DNA of 64,000 nt from the human T2T-CHM13v2.0 reference genome, Homo sapiens (GCF_009914755.1 NC_060928.1); one strand, 5' to 3'; counted from the first letter of the stretch, positions 1 to 11,480 are shown. Numbers and translations are program-made. Notes: generated by a model from the sequence alone, not told the origin.

Positions 1-229
1 TGGTGGGCAGGAGTGGGAGTCACAAGGTGCTCAGTAGGGGAGCTTTTGAGCCAGGATGAGCAAGGAGAAGGAATTTCACAAGATAATGTCATCAGTTAAG
101 GCAGGAACAGGCCATTTTCACTTCTTTTGTTGTGGAATGTCATCAGTTAAGGCAGGAACCAGCCATTTGGATGTGTACCTGCAGGTCACAGGGGATGTGA
201 TGGCTTAGCTTGGGCTCAGAGGCCTGACA
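1..229 (-). mobile_element. HERV-H 3' LTR (LTR7), U3 part only
   Basis: Minus strand begins TGTCAGGCCTCTGAGCCCAAGCTAAGCC at 229; aligns without gaps to 4948-5176 (14 mismatches in 229 by manual count). Confidence 0.95.
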
Positions 230-247
230 TTCCTATCTTCTTATATT
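230..247 (-). promoter_or_regulatory. Polypurine tract of HERV-H
   Basis: Minus strand AATATAAGAAGATAGGAA immediately precedes the 3' LTR TG. Confidence 0.85.
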
Positions 248-949
248 AATAAGAAAAATAAAATGAAATAGTGGTAAAGTGTTGGGGTGGCGAAAATTTT
301 TGGGGGTGGTATGGAGAGATAATGGGCGATGTTTCTCAGGGCTGCTTCAAGTGGGATTAGGGGCGGCGTGGGAACCTAGAGTGGGAGAGATTAAGCTGAA
401 GGAAGATTTTGTGATAAGGGGTGATATCATGGGGTTGTTAGAAGAAACCTTTGTCTTATAGAATTATTGGTGATGGCCTGGATACAATTTTGTATGAATT
501 GAAAAAACAATGGAATAAGATAAGGAGAAAAACAGGTATTAAAGGACTAAGAATTGGGAGGACCTACGACATCTAACTAGAGAGTGCCTAAGGAGGTTCA
601 GCATAGCCCTGCCAGCAAAGATTATTTATTTACTTTAAGAGGGAGTTAAGAGTGGCAGTTTGGGGATAGCACCAGCAGATATCAGCTGTGGTGGCTTGGA
701 GAAACAGTGTAAACAGGCAGTGTAAACAAGAGCAGGGCATTTATGAGTAGTTGACAACGGTGAATAGGAGTATGACTAGACAGAAGATAGTAGAGATAAC
801 AGTTTTATTTTTTTTTGGTGGGGGCGCAGTCCCAGTTGGTCTAGTGTCTGGAATGAGACTGGGGCCTAATAAAAAGGAGCATCTATACAGGAGCTCAAAT
901 GGCCTGTACCTTGTAGCATTCCGAGGACAGGCCTGAATTCTGAGAAGGG

Positions 950-2791
950 CAAGTGGTAAAAGTATTGTCCAGTCCTTTTTAAGTTGGTAGCTGAGCTTGG
1001 TGAGGTGTGTTTTTAAAAGACCATTAGTTCACTGAATACTAAGAGCCTGAGAAACTGCTTGGGTGATTTAACTAATAAAGGCCGGTCCATTACAGGACTG
1101 TATAGAGGTGGGAAGGCCAAACCGAGGAATTGTGTCTGACAGAAGGGAAGAAATGACCGTGGTGGCCTTCTTAGACCCTGTGGGAAAGGCCTCTACCTAT
1201 CCAGTCAAAGTGTCTACCCAGACCAAGAGATATTTTAGTTTCCTGACTCAGGGCGTGTTGAGTAAAGCCAATTTGCCAGTCCTGGGCAGGCAAATCCCCA
1301 AGCTTGATGTGTAGGGAAGGGAGGGGGCCTAAATAATCTCTGAGGAGTAGGAGAATAGCAGATGGAAGATTGAGGAGTTATTTCTTTGAGAATAGATTTC
1401 CACGATGGAAAGGAAATCAGAGGTTCTAAGAGGCAGGCTAGTGGCTTGTACTATAGCATAGCCTGCCTTTGCTGGTGTGTGGCGATTAGGCCTGGTGGAA
1501 CTGCCATCAATAAACCAAGTGTGATCAGGGTGAGGAACAGGAAAGAAGGAAATATGGGGAAATGGGGTGAATGTCAGGTGGATCAGAGAGATATAGTCAT
1601 GGGGGTCAGCTGTGGTATCAGGAATAATGTGGGAGGCTGGATTGAAGTCTGGGCCAGGAAAAATGGTAATTGTGGGAGACTCAACAAAGAGTGAGTACAG
1701 CTGAAGGAGCCGGGGAGCAGAGAGTATATATGTCAGGTGTGAGGAAGAAAATAGATTTTGGAAGTTATGAGAACTGTAGAGAGTGAGTTGAGCATAGTTT
1801 GTGATTTTAAGGGCCTCTAAAAGTATTAGGGTGGTGGTGGCCGCTGCACGCAGACTTGCGGGCTAGGCAAAACAGTAAGGTCAAGTTGTTTGGATAAAAA
1901 GGCTACAGGGTGCAGTCCAGGTCCCTGTGTAAGAATTCTGACTGCACAGCCCTGCACTTCGGCTGTGGGTAATGAAAAGGGTTGGGATGAGTCAGGGAGA
2001 GCTGGGTAGGGGCAGTCTCTAAAGCTGTCTTCAAGGAATGGAAAGAGGAGTGGGGAAAGGATTTAGGATCTATGGGGTCAGCTTTTGTGAGTTTATATAA
2101 TGGTTTTGTTAGGATGGCAAAACCAGATATCTAAAGTTGAAAGTATCCAACTATGCCTAGGAAGGAAAGGAGTTGTTGTTTTGTAGAAGGGATTGAGGTT
2201 TGGGAGATTAGTCGGACATGATCAGCAGGGAGAGCACGTGTGTTTTTATGAGAATTATGCCGAGATAGGTAACAGATGAGGATGAAATTTGGGCTTGACT
2301 GAAGTAATGGGGGCTGTCTGTGAAGCCTTGCGGCAGTACAGCCCAGGTAATTTGCTGAGCCTGATGGGTGTCAGGGTCAGTCTAAGTGAAAGCGAAGAGA
2401 GGCTGGGATGAAGGGTGCAAAGGAATAGTAAAGAAAGTATGTTTGAGATCCAGAACAGAATAATGGATTGTGGAGGGAGGTATTGAGGATAGGAGAGTAT
2501 ATGGGTTGGGCACCATGGGGTGGATAGGCAAAACAATTTGGTTGATAAGGCGCAGATCCTGAACTAACCTGTGAGGCTTGTCTGGTTCTAGTACAGGTAA
2601 AATGGGGGAATTGTAAGGAGAGTTTATAGGCTTTAAAAGGCCATATTGTAGCAGGCGAGTGATAACAGGTTTTATCCTTTTAAAGCGTGCTGTGGGATGG
2701 GATACTGGCATTGAGTGGGGTAAGGGTGATTAGGTTTTAATGAGATGGTAAGGGGTGCATGACGGGTCGCCAAGGAGGGAGTAGAGGTATC
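950..2791 (-). pseudogene. pol: HERV-H pol remnant (RT and downstream parts; stops, frameshifts, deletions)
   Basis: ORF 2382..2711 gives the RT N-terminus ([10 protein letters not shown]...[10 protein letters not shown]...[17 protein letters not shown]); the catalytic-type LDLKDAFF motif is altered; boundaries approximate. Confidence 0.85.
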
Positions 2792-3200
2792 CTATACTTG
2801 TGGGTTAAGGTAGGGGGATACAAGAGGAGGACACAAAGGAGGCTTTGGATTGGGAAGAAGGGCGGCAATGAGATGTGGCTGTAGTCCAGGAATAGTCATT
2901 GAAACAGATAATTTAGTTAAAGTGTCTCGGCCTAAGAAGGGAACTGGGCAGGTGGGGATAACTAAAAAGGAGTGCTTAAAAGAGTATTGTCTAAGTTGGC
3001 ACCAGAGTTGGGGAGTTTTAACAGGTTTAGAAGCCTGGCTGTCAATATCCATTATAGTTGTGGAGGCAAGAGAAACAGGCACTTGAAAAGAAGGTAATGT
3101 GGAGTGGGTAGCCTCCATATTGATTAAGAAGGGGACGGACTTACCCTCTACTGTGAGAGTTACCTAAAGCTCGGTGTCCCTGATGGTCTACGGGGCTTCC
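2792..3200 (-). pseudogene. pro: HERV-H protease remnant
   Basis: ORF 2792..3118 contains HSFLVIPTCPVPFLGRDTLTKL (retroviral protease GRD motif); the active-site region reads MEATHS, so it is degenerate. Confidence 0.8.
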
Positions 3201-3259
3201 GAGGTGATAGGGCAGCGTCAGTCTTCAGCTGCTAAGTGGAGAAGATCAGGGAAGGAGTC

Positions 3260-4451
3260 AGTCAGAGAGCCTCGGGCCAGAGTTCCAGGGGCTCTGGGAG
3301 TGGCTGCCAGGTGAGTTGAACAGTCCGATTTTCAGTGGGGTCCCATACAGATGGGACGCGGCTTAGGAGGAATCCCGGGCTGCGGGCATTCCTTGGCCTG
3401 GTGGCCAGATTTCTGGCATGTGTAGCAAGCTCCTGGGGGAGGCGGTTCTGGAGGAACACCTGGCCACTGCGGCTTAGGCGTTTGGAAGTTCTTGTGTGCT
3501 GGAGATGTGGCTGTGGTTTGTCTCACAGTGGAGGCAAGGAATTGCAACTCAGAAATATGTTGCTACTTGGCTGTCTCTACTCTATTATTGTACATCTTGA
3601 AGGCGAGGTTAATTAAGTCCTGTTGCGGGGTTTGAGGGCCGGAATTTAATTTTTGGAGTTTTATTTAATGTCGGGAGCAGATTGGGTAATAAAATGTATA
3701 TTGAGAATAAGACAGCCTTTTGACATTTTAGGGTCTAGGGCTGTAAAGCATCTCACGGTTGCTGCCAAATGAGCCATGAACTGGACTGGGTTTTTATATT
3801 TGATGAAAAAGAGCCTAAACGCTATCTGATTTGGATAAAGAAAAAGGAGCATTAACCTTGACTATGCCTTTAGCTCCAGCCACCTTTTTAAGAGGAAATT
3901 GCTGGGCAGGTGGGGGAGGGCTAGTCACCGAAGGAAACTGTAAACCGGACCGGGTGTGAGGAGGGGAGGTGATAAAAGGATTACAGGGTGGAGGAGGAGA
4001 GGCTGAGGAAGAATTGGGACCTAGCTCAGCCTGGCGAGGAGGAGAGAGGTCAGATGGGTCTGTAGAAAAGGAAGATTAGAAAGACTCAGCGACGCTTGGG
4101 GTTGGGACTGAGGGGACAGGCAGGAGGGAAAGAGGGAAGATTTGGGATGAGTTGCACTGGGAACAGAGACCAGGGAGGGATCAATGTGTAAATGAATGCC
4201 TGGACATCAGGCACCTCAGACCACTTGCCCATTTTATGACAAGAATTATTTAGATAGTGTAGGATGGAAAAATTGAAAGTGCAATTTTCTGGCTATTTGG
4301 AACTACTGTCGAGTTTGTATTGGGGTCAAGTGGCATTGCAGAAGAAAATAAGGCATTTAGGTTTTAGGTCAGGTGTGAGTTGAAGAGGTTTTAGGTTTTT
4401 AAGAACACAGGCTAAGGGAGAAGGGGGAATGGAGGGTAGAAGCTTGCCCAT
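3260..4451 (-). pseudogene. gag: HERV-H gag remnant
   Basis: Start MGKLLPSIPPSPLACVLKNLKPLQLTPDLKPK at ATG 4451, with an early stop; NC zinc knuckle CYTCQKSGHQAKEC in ORF 3332..3547. Confidence 0.88.
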
Positions 4452-4544
4452 AGTGAAGGATGCAAGCCCAGAGGAAAGAGAGAGTAGAGACACGGAGGGA
4501 AGGGGTTCGGGGGTTCTTACCCTCCAGAAAAGTGTGGAAGGCAT

Positions 4545-4712
4545 CGGGGTGTGGAAATAAGGAGTTGGGGAGCAGAGATAAGAGGTCGGGGCGTGGAAAT
4601 AAGGGATCGGTGATCAGAGATAAGACGTCAGGGCGCGGAAATAAGGGATGGGGCACAGAGATAAGGGGTCGGGGCATAGAAATAAGGGATCGGGGCACAG
4701 AGATAAGGGGTC
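4545..4712. repeat. HERV-H pre-gag tandem repeat (alternating ~21-22 bp G-rich units)
   Basis: GGGGCACAGAGATAAGRGGTC and GGGGCRYGGAAATAAGGGAT units repeated about 8 times. Confidence 0.85.
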
Positions 4713-4724
4713 GTGGAAGGGGTC

Positions 4725-4763
4725 ATGGTCAGCACTCTGGACTCTGAATCCAGCGATCTGAGT
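4725..4763 (+). tRNA. Internal fragment of tRNA-Gln(CTG) (about nt 15-53), not a functional gene
   Basis: ATGGTCAGCACTCTGGACTCTGAATCCAGCGATCTGAGT versus recalled human tRNA-Gln-CTG ATGGTTAGCACTCTGGACTCTGAATCCAGCGATCCGAGT (37/39); anticodon stem CTGGA/TCCAG with loop CTCTGAA, anticodon CTG at 4744-4746. Confidence 0.9.
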
Positions 4764-4773
4764 CACGGCACCA
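4756..4773 (-). promoter_or_regulatory. Primer-binding site, tRNA-His
   Basis: Minus strand TGGTGCCGTGACTCAGAT, 17/18 complementary to the tRNA-His 3' end ATCCGAGTCACGGCACCA; 2 nt from the LTR end. Confidence 0.95.
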
Positions 4774-4775
4774 AG

Positions 4776-5176
4776 TTTCATGCGCGTCTGTGTGAAGAGA
4801 CCACCAAACAGGCTTTGTGTGAGCAATAAACTTTTAATCACATGGGTGCAGGCAGGCTGAGTCCGAAAAGAGAGTCAGGGAAGGGAGATAGGGGTGGGGC
4901 CGTTTTATAGGATTTGGGTAGGTAAAGGAAAAAGGGGGGTTGTTCTCTGGCAGGCAGGAGTGGGGGTCACAATGTGCTCAGTAGGTGAGCTTTTAAGCCA
5001 GGATGAGTGAGAAGAAGGAATTTCACAAGATAATGTCATCAGTTAAGGCAGGAACAGGCCATTTTCACTTCTTTTGTGGTGGAATGTCATCAGCTAAGGC
5101 AGGAACCGGCCATCTGGATGTGTACGTGCAGGTCACAGGGGATGTGATGGCTTAGCTTGGGCTCAGAGGCCTGACA
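4776..5176 (-). mobile_element. HERV-H 5' LTR (LTR7), 401 bp
   Basis: TGTCAGGCC...GACGCGCATGAAA; duplicated TTCCTGCCTTARCTGATGACATT blocks, TATAAAA box, GC/GT box CCCCACCCC, ATTAAA polyA signal. Confidence 0.95.
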
Positions 5177-5621
5177 ATCACCCTCTGAAAGTCCATTGAA
5201 AATCAACTGGAGAAAAGCAGATTAATAGGAGAAAAAGTATACAACATTTTACAGGAGAGCATTCTCTTGAGGAGCAACCAATAATTATTAAAGGGAATAA
5301 GTGGACAGAATTCACTTGTAAGTTATTCTCTTTATTGAATAAGTCCAAGTGGCAAGCATTATTTTGTGAAAAAGTCTCTCCAGATGCATTTGCATTCCAG
5401 TCTTCTTTTCTGACATAGATCATACGATTTCACGAAGAAGAGAAACAATTGTGTTTCTTTTGGAGAGATTTGTTGGTAAGATGTAAAAGTCGAAAAGAAA
5501 ACCCCTCTCTGCACTTGGGAGTTGGGGGACACCAGACAAAATTAGAGGTACCTGGATTCTAAGAAAGCTTCTAAGGCCTTCAGCATGTTGAAGTGCCAGT
5601 CTTTCTTTCTGAGTCCCAACA
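5177..5621 (-). mobile_element. ERV1 MER4-group LTR (MER31/MER67-like), host of the HERV-H insertion
   Basis: Minus strand starts TGTTGGGACTCAGAAA; shares GCAGATTAAYAGGAGAAAA with the LTR at 9555. Confidence 0.65.
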
Positions 5622-6018
5622 GTATCTGCCTCGTTGTGAATATTAAAAGGAAGTACTTTAGAACACGATCCAACACAAATAAGAACTTACTGGGTTTGCT
5701 ATAATGATTATTATTGACTAAATCAGAAAAATCATGGATAAGCCAAAAAAAATATGATGTGTCAGATTTTACACACCTTTATAAAAATGGCAATAGAACA
5801 GGGAGAAATCAAGCCCATCATTCTTTGTGTGTCTCTTCATTGCTCTACTTTGATTTGCTCAGTATTCGGTGACCAATGCTCTTGGGCACCTCTGAGAGAC
5901 AAGTTGCAGCTAATTTCTAATTTTTGTTTGTTTATAATTCATACTTTTATATAGACCTTCAAAGTATTTCTATAGATTCTCACTCTACACTCTTATAAAT
6001 ATTTGTATTAATTCATGT

Positions 6019-6470
6019 TGTCAACATAAAGGAAGAAGCTGAGCCAGAATTAATATAAATAGAGAGTATTTGGTCCAAGTTTAAGGACTGCAACACTAGA
6101 GCATAGATCAGGGTGGCCTGAATATATATGTTGATTAACAACAATTACAAGTGGGTTTGTAAAAGAAAAAAGAAGAGGCAGTTTCTAAATTGTATACCAA
6201 AATTTCATGTTAAAATAACAAGCTATTCACTGGCTATACATTCTTGTGTATTACAAATTCCAGGAACATGAAGATAATGAATGAGGCAGCTAGTCAAGAA
6301 ACTGCTGGGGAAGAAAAAAAAAGGAAAAAAAATGCTTTTAAACAATGCCATTGGGCATAGTTGTGAGTAGAGGGTAGACAACTGAAGTCAGGTACTCATG
6401 TCTTTCTCGGCCTGATAAATTTTACATACCAAACATAGCTCACACTGCTCTGATCTATTTTCTTTTCTCA
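6019..6470 (-). mobile_element. ERV1 solo LTR, MER65-like
   Basis: Minus strand starts TGAGAAAAGAAAATAGATCAGAGCAGTGTGAGCTATG...AAAATTTATCAGGCC and ends ...GTTGACA. Confidence 0.65.
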
Positions 6471-6497
6471 ATGTTTTTCTACTCTTTTCATGGTAGA

Positions 6498-6913
6498 TGA
6501 TTAATTAAGTTTGCCCTAAAGCTGCCTTTGTACATATTTTAAGTTTGGCCTAAAGGTTTCTTGCTACATAGTGACCTGTAGCCTAACTGGATGTGTAAAC
6601 AGACTGTAGCCTACTCTTGTAAGAAATAGCTGAATCTCAATCACTGTGGCTGAGTGTTAGCCAATCACAGCCAGCGGACTGCTCAAACTGTATTCAGATA
6701 AGGCAAATGCTGAGCTGTAACCAATTTTCCTGTTTTCTGTACCTCAGTTTCACTTTCTGTGTATCACTTTTCTTTTTCTGTCTTAAATTTTACCTGACCA
6801 TGTGGCAGCCCTGATGTTACTCTGAACCTATTTTGATTCTGTAGCCCTGCAAATTGTTCTTTGCTCAATTAAACTCTGTAAAATGTATTTTTTCTAAACT
6901 TTACCTTTTATCA
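6498..6913 (+). mobile_element. ERV1 solo LTR, MER57
   Basis: TGATTAATTAAGTTTGCCCTAAAGCTGCC...GGCCTAAAGGTTTC..., CCAAT boxes, ends TCA; near-TSD TAGA/TAGG. Confidence 0.8.
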
Positions 6914-9088
6914 TAGGAAAAGCCAGTTGCTGGTCTTTACCATTAGTTAAGAAGATTTTACCTTTTGTTTTATGCATCTAAGCAGTCTGTTCTATCTAAT
7001 TTGTGTTCTTTCTCTATCTAGTTGGGATGGTAAGAGTATGTAGAATGTTCTGGCTTTTTACAACAAACAAGATGTTTACAATTTGAGTACTATCTGAAAA
7101 AGTTTCTACTGCATTTTAACTTATAGCAATATGGAATAATTCATCTGAGATTTTACTGTTTAAAAGATTTCCTATCCACCTGTGGAAGCTACAAGCAATT
7201 TGTATTATAGCACACATAAAATAAGGCTTACTAAAATTGAAGTTTCCTATTTTCTTTAATGATGCAATGTCTTGTAAATTTTTATAGCTTTTGTTTAAAC
7301 ATTGTAGAACTGAAAATGCTACAATGAAAATGTTTTTAAATAATTTGTCACTTAAGATGTTTTAAATGTTCTGTACAGTTTTCACTATTAAACTCAATAA
7401 CTTTTTGTTTAATAAAATGTGTATATAAATGATACTAAAATTGCTAAGATACTTAATATATACACATTACCTTAACATATTTCTTTGTTTGAGATTGCCA
7501 AATTGATATTATACAAAACTACATAAAATTTCGAATTCATCAGATGTTAAATTCATTACCTTTTTAAAATTCCTCTTATACTCATGGAAATTTATTCTAA
7601 ATCACTTCTTCAGATCAAACACATTCCCTGAGACATAGACAAGAAAAAGATTAAGCAAGTTAAAAAAAAATTCTAATTAGTGTTTTTTCACCTTCGTCAT
7701 CAAACATGAGTAGAGAAGTGATCAAAATCTTTTAATGGTCAGAAGTGGGCAAGTTTTGGGGCGTTATCTTTCATCTAAAATAACTTTTTTCTGCATTATT
7801 TCTGAAGGTCAGTTTGTTAGCCTAGTTTGAAAAAGGTTCAAAAAATCTAGATTAAAAAGGAAACTATAGAATGATGTTTTAAAAACCTTACTTCATGCAT
7901 ACATTTTTCATTACTTGAACTATGTGAATAAAACTTCAAAAGTGGGAGAATTTAATTCTATACTATTTCTAAAAAGAAATAATCTGAACTTAATTGCAAA
8001 ATTAACCATCATTAGTACAATTACTTAGTTATTAATATTTTGTCTTGTATGTTAACATGTTTTTGATTTTTTGAAGCAGAATAATCTGATTTATAACTTC
8101 AAATGGCAAAATAGGTCTCTTGAAACATAAACTTAAATTAACCTGTAAACTTTAAATTAAATCTGAAAAAATTTAAATAAAAATAAAGAAAATTAAAAGC
8201 AAATTCAAACATAGGAATTTTTGAAAGACATAGATGATTTTCTATCAAGGCATTTTCCATGCTATTAATTGCTAACATTCATTGATTACTTACTAAAATC
8301 TAGACATTTTCTGTTATATAAATTTATTCATATATTATCACATTATTACTATTTTTTATAAGTGAGCAATTTCAGGCAAAGTGTGATTCTGGGACTGATT
8401 CAAGATATCTAGCATAGCCAATATTTAAACACGCTGTTGGTGCTGGTGTACAAACTTTCAATCACTACATTATGAGGTGGCTACCTCATAATAAACTTGA
8501 TTGTTAAGAAAAGAGAAACACTGTATAGGCCACAAGTTGTGAATTGATTCATAAAATGTTCTGTACTTACAATTTTTGAGTGGTCAAACAAGCCTATTTC
8601 ATTGGAGTGAAAACTTTGAACAAGTACTAGAAACCATTATTCTTGCATTAATATTTTTAAATTATATATTTCTTTAGAGAATTTCTAAATTTTCAAGTAA
8701 AATAATAAAATGGCCAGAAATAATACAACTAAATTAAATGCACCATCTAACAAGCAATTACATCTCAATATCAGAATCACTTTTGAAGGTGAAATAACCA
8801 CTATGCTACTGCCCAAGAAGTCAGAAAGAACAAAAACCCAAAACAAAAAAGACTTCTGTTTTAAGAAATTTGCAATCTAATTGAGATGAAAAAATAAACA
8901 CCTGGGAATATAAAAAATATTATTAGTAGCTGACAACCTGGATTTAAAAGTTACTATTTCTTCATTCTTAGAATTTAAATCTGGGATTTTCCTAATCCTA
9001 ACCCTTCTTAACCCTGATTGCATTTTGAAATGCTAACAATTGTCTTAAATACCCATATGTCTTTCTACTACTACGATATACTGATTCA

Positions 9089-9208
9089 TATTTTTGGTAT
9101 CTATTTGTGTATTTCAGATACCAAAAATACTGTACATCTGATGCAGTATTTTTGGTATCTGAAATACACAAATAAATTTGTGTGTTTATTTGTGTATTTG
9201 TGTATTTC
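9089..9208. repeat. Nested inverted-repeat cluster with a perfect 31-bp stem
   Basis: 9102-9132 is the exact reverse complement of 9144-9174, with an 11-nt spacer. Confidence 0.95.
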
Positions 9209-9554
9209 AAAAATTCCTTCAGAGTTGGAAAACTTTATTTTAGGAATTCCTATTTTGGATATGTGTTCTCCATGTTGCTTCTTTGTAAAGTATTTTTTTT
9301 TTCACTCATTATTGAATAATTTAGTTGGCCATAAAATTCTTGATGGGCATCTATTTTCTTCTAATTCTTTGAAAATATTTAACTTCACTATGGCTTCCGT
9401 CTGCTATTTCCATTCTTTTGTAGGATAGCCACCTTATCTCTCCACAATTGTTCTTATTTTTAAAAACTTTAAATTGAAATATATTAAATATACAAAAACA
9501 TACACATACTACAATTTACAACTATGAATCTCCACAAATGAAACTGAAGTAATG

Positions 9555-10616
9555 GTAGGGGCCAAGGGAAAACTTCCCCATTACATTCTGAAAGTTTGCT
9601 GAAAGTCAGCCAACAAAAGGCAGATTAACAGGAGAAAAGGCAAACAAATTTATTTGGTCATAGTTTTACATGACACGGGAGCCTTCAGAATGAAGACCCA
9701 AAGATATACGGGAAACTGTCCATTTTTGGCTTAGGGTTGACAAAGTATGGATAGCTGTGTAGAAATAATATTGGACCCAAATGGTATGATTGAATGCTAG
9801 AAGACTGAATGGAGAAACTCAGCAAAGGTTTATGTTGTCTGTTTAGATTCTTCTTTGCCTCTCTGTGCAGCATTCCTTCCTTCTTGGTATGGGGCAGGGC
9901 CCTCTGTGGAATGAGAGTCTTATGACCTACAATCAAACAAGATAGGTCAGATAATTTCTTTATGGCCAGCTTTTACGCAGAAAGGTGGGGGGTAAGTTAC
10001 ACTATAATTTTTAAGTTTTATGACTGGCTTTGGGGAAAAGGGATTCTAGCTTTTTTTAATTTTTAATTTTTATTTTAAGTTCTGAGGTACATGTGCAGGA
10101 TGTGCAGGTCTGTTCCATAGGCAAATGTGTGTCATGGTGGTTTGCTGCACCTATCAATCCATCACCTAGGTATTAAGCCCAGCATGCATAGCTATTTTTC
10201 CTAATGCACTCCCTCTCCCCACCCCACCCACAAAGGCCCCTGTGTGTGTTGTACCCTTCCCTGTGTCCATGTGTTCTCATTGTTCAGCCCCCACTTGTAG
10301 TGAGAACATGTGGTGGTTGGTTTTCTGTTCCTGTGTTAGTTTGCTGAGGATAATGGCTTCCAGCTCCACTCTGTCCTCCAAAGGGTATGATCTCCTTCCT
10401 TTTAATGGCTACATAGTATCCCATGGTATATATGTACCACATTTTCATTCTACTTTCTATAAGTGCCTTGGGGGAAGTGGGATGATAGTTTCTGTGGCTA
10501 GCCTCAGGGGACAATAAGGGGCCAGAGACAGGAGGGCAAGTGAAGGTCAGAGATAAACTTTTGCTTCTGAGGTGAATTTTGTGGCTTTCATTTTGAAGTA
10601 TCATTTCTGAGCCACA
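9555..10616 (-). mobile_element. ERV1 MER4-group solo LTR (MER31-like), split by an L1 insertion
   Basis: Minus strand TGTGGCTCAGAAATGATAC...CAGAAGCAAAAGTTTATCTCTGACC; the sequence continues across the L1 at 10051-10446. Confidence 0.7.
10051..10446 (-). mobile_element. 5'-truncated L1PA 3' end
   Basis: T-rich tail, TACATGTGCAGGATGTGCAGG 3' UTR, ORF2 C-terminal KMWYIYTMGYYVAIK; approximate TSD ATTCTA(G)CTT. Confidence 0.88.
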
Positions 10617-10619
10617 AAA

Positions 10620-11480
10620 TAATCAACCCCCATCCACAAAGAAACAGGGCATTACCAACACTCTCAGCCTCAGAACCTCTGCTCTTGGACTCCTTTAGCA
10701 TTATTAACCCCTTTCCTTTAAAAGGTACGTAGAACTCAGTCTTGTAATAAAGTTATATTACTTTTTGCCTGCTTTTCGATTTGCAGGCACATCGTATACT
10801 ATACGTTTTACACTATATGTCCTCTTTCGTGTTTGTCTTCTTTTGCTAAACATTGTGTTTGTAATATTTATGCCCATCTATTTGTGCTGGTTTGTTCATT
10901 CTCACTACTATATAGTATTACACTGACTATATTAAAGTATATTTATCCATTTTGCTTTTGATGACATTTAGGTTCACAATAACAGTTATGAATATTCTAG
11001 CACATGTTTTATTTTTGTTTGGTTAATGCGTGTACATAATTTTATTGCTATTATGGCTAAAAGTTGAATTCACTGGGTTACAATTTAGGCATATTCCACA
11101 TTAGTAAGCACTTCAAAAACATTTCCTGAAAGAGTTGTACAAATTTATACTTTAACCAACAGTGTGGGTTCCAGTTACTTTATATATCACTAACACTTGG
11201 TGTTTTTCACTTTACCCTTTGTGATATGGTGAGTTGTATTACATACAGTTTTCATTTACATTCCCCAATGACTAATGTAATTGAGTATTTAATACTTATT
11301 GGCCATATGGATTTTAAGTTTCTTTTCAATACTTTTGCCAGTTTTGTACATTTTTTTCTATGAGGTTTGTGCTTTTTTGTTGTTTTCTGCATATTCTTGA
11401 TATAGTTTTTAAAATAAGTATTTGAATAGCAAATTATCAGATAGATTTTTAAGATCATCCAATTTCCTTTGTTATTCTTC
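10620..11480 (-). mobile_element. Old L1M fragment
   Basis: Degenerate L1 3' motifs (TTTATCCATT, TTTACATTCCCCAATGACTAATG). Confidence 0.55.

Larger units (their letters stand above)
1..5176 (-). mobile_element. HERV-H provirus (defective, two LTRs; 3' LTR runs off the window edge)
   Basis: Direct-repeat LTRs at 1-229 and 4776-5176, His PBS at 4756-4773, polypurine tract at ~230-247, and gag zinc knuckle, protease and RT fragments on the minus strand. Confidence 0.97.

Noticed and set aside
248-950. HERV-H env gene
   Set aside because: Too short and no env ORF seen; consistent with the common env-deleted HERV-H form
4545-4712. Repeat array superficially like CRISPR
   Set aside because: No unique spacers; this is the known HERV-H pre-gag tandem repeat in eukaryotic DNA
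4725-4773. Functional tRNA gene
   Set aside because: Lacks the 5' acceptor strand, a complete A box and the TTC T-loop B box; only a chimeric fragment
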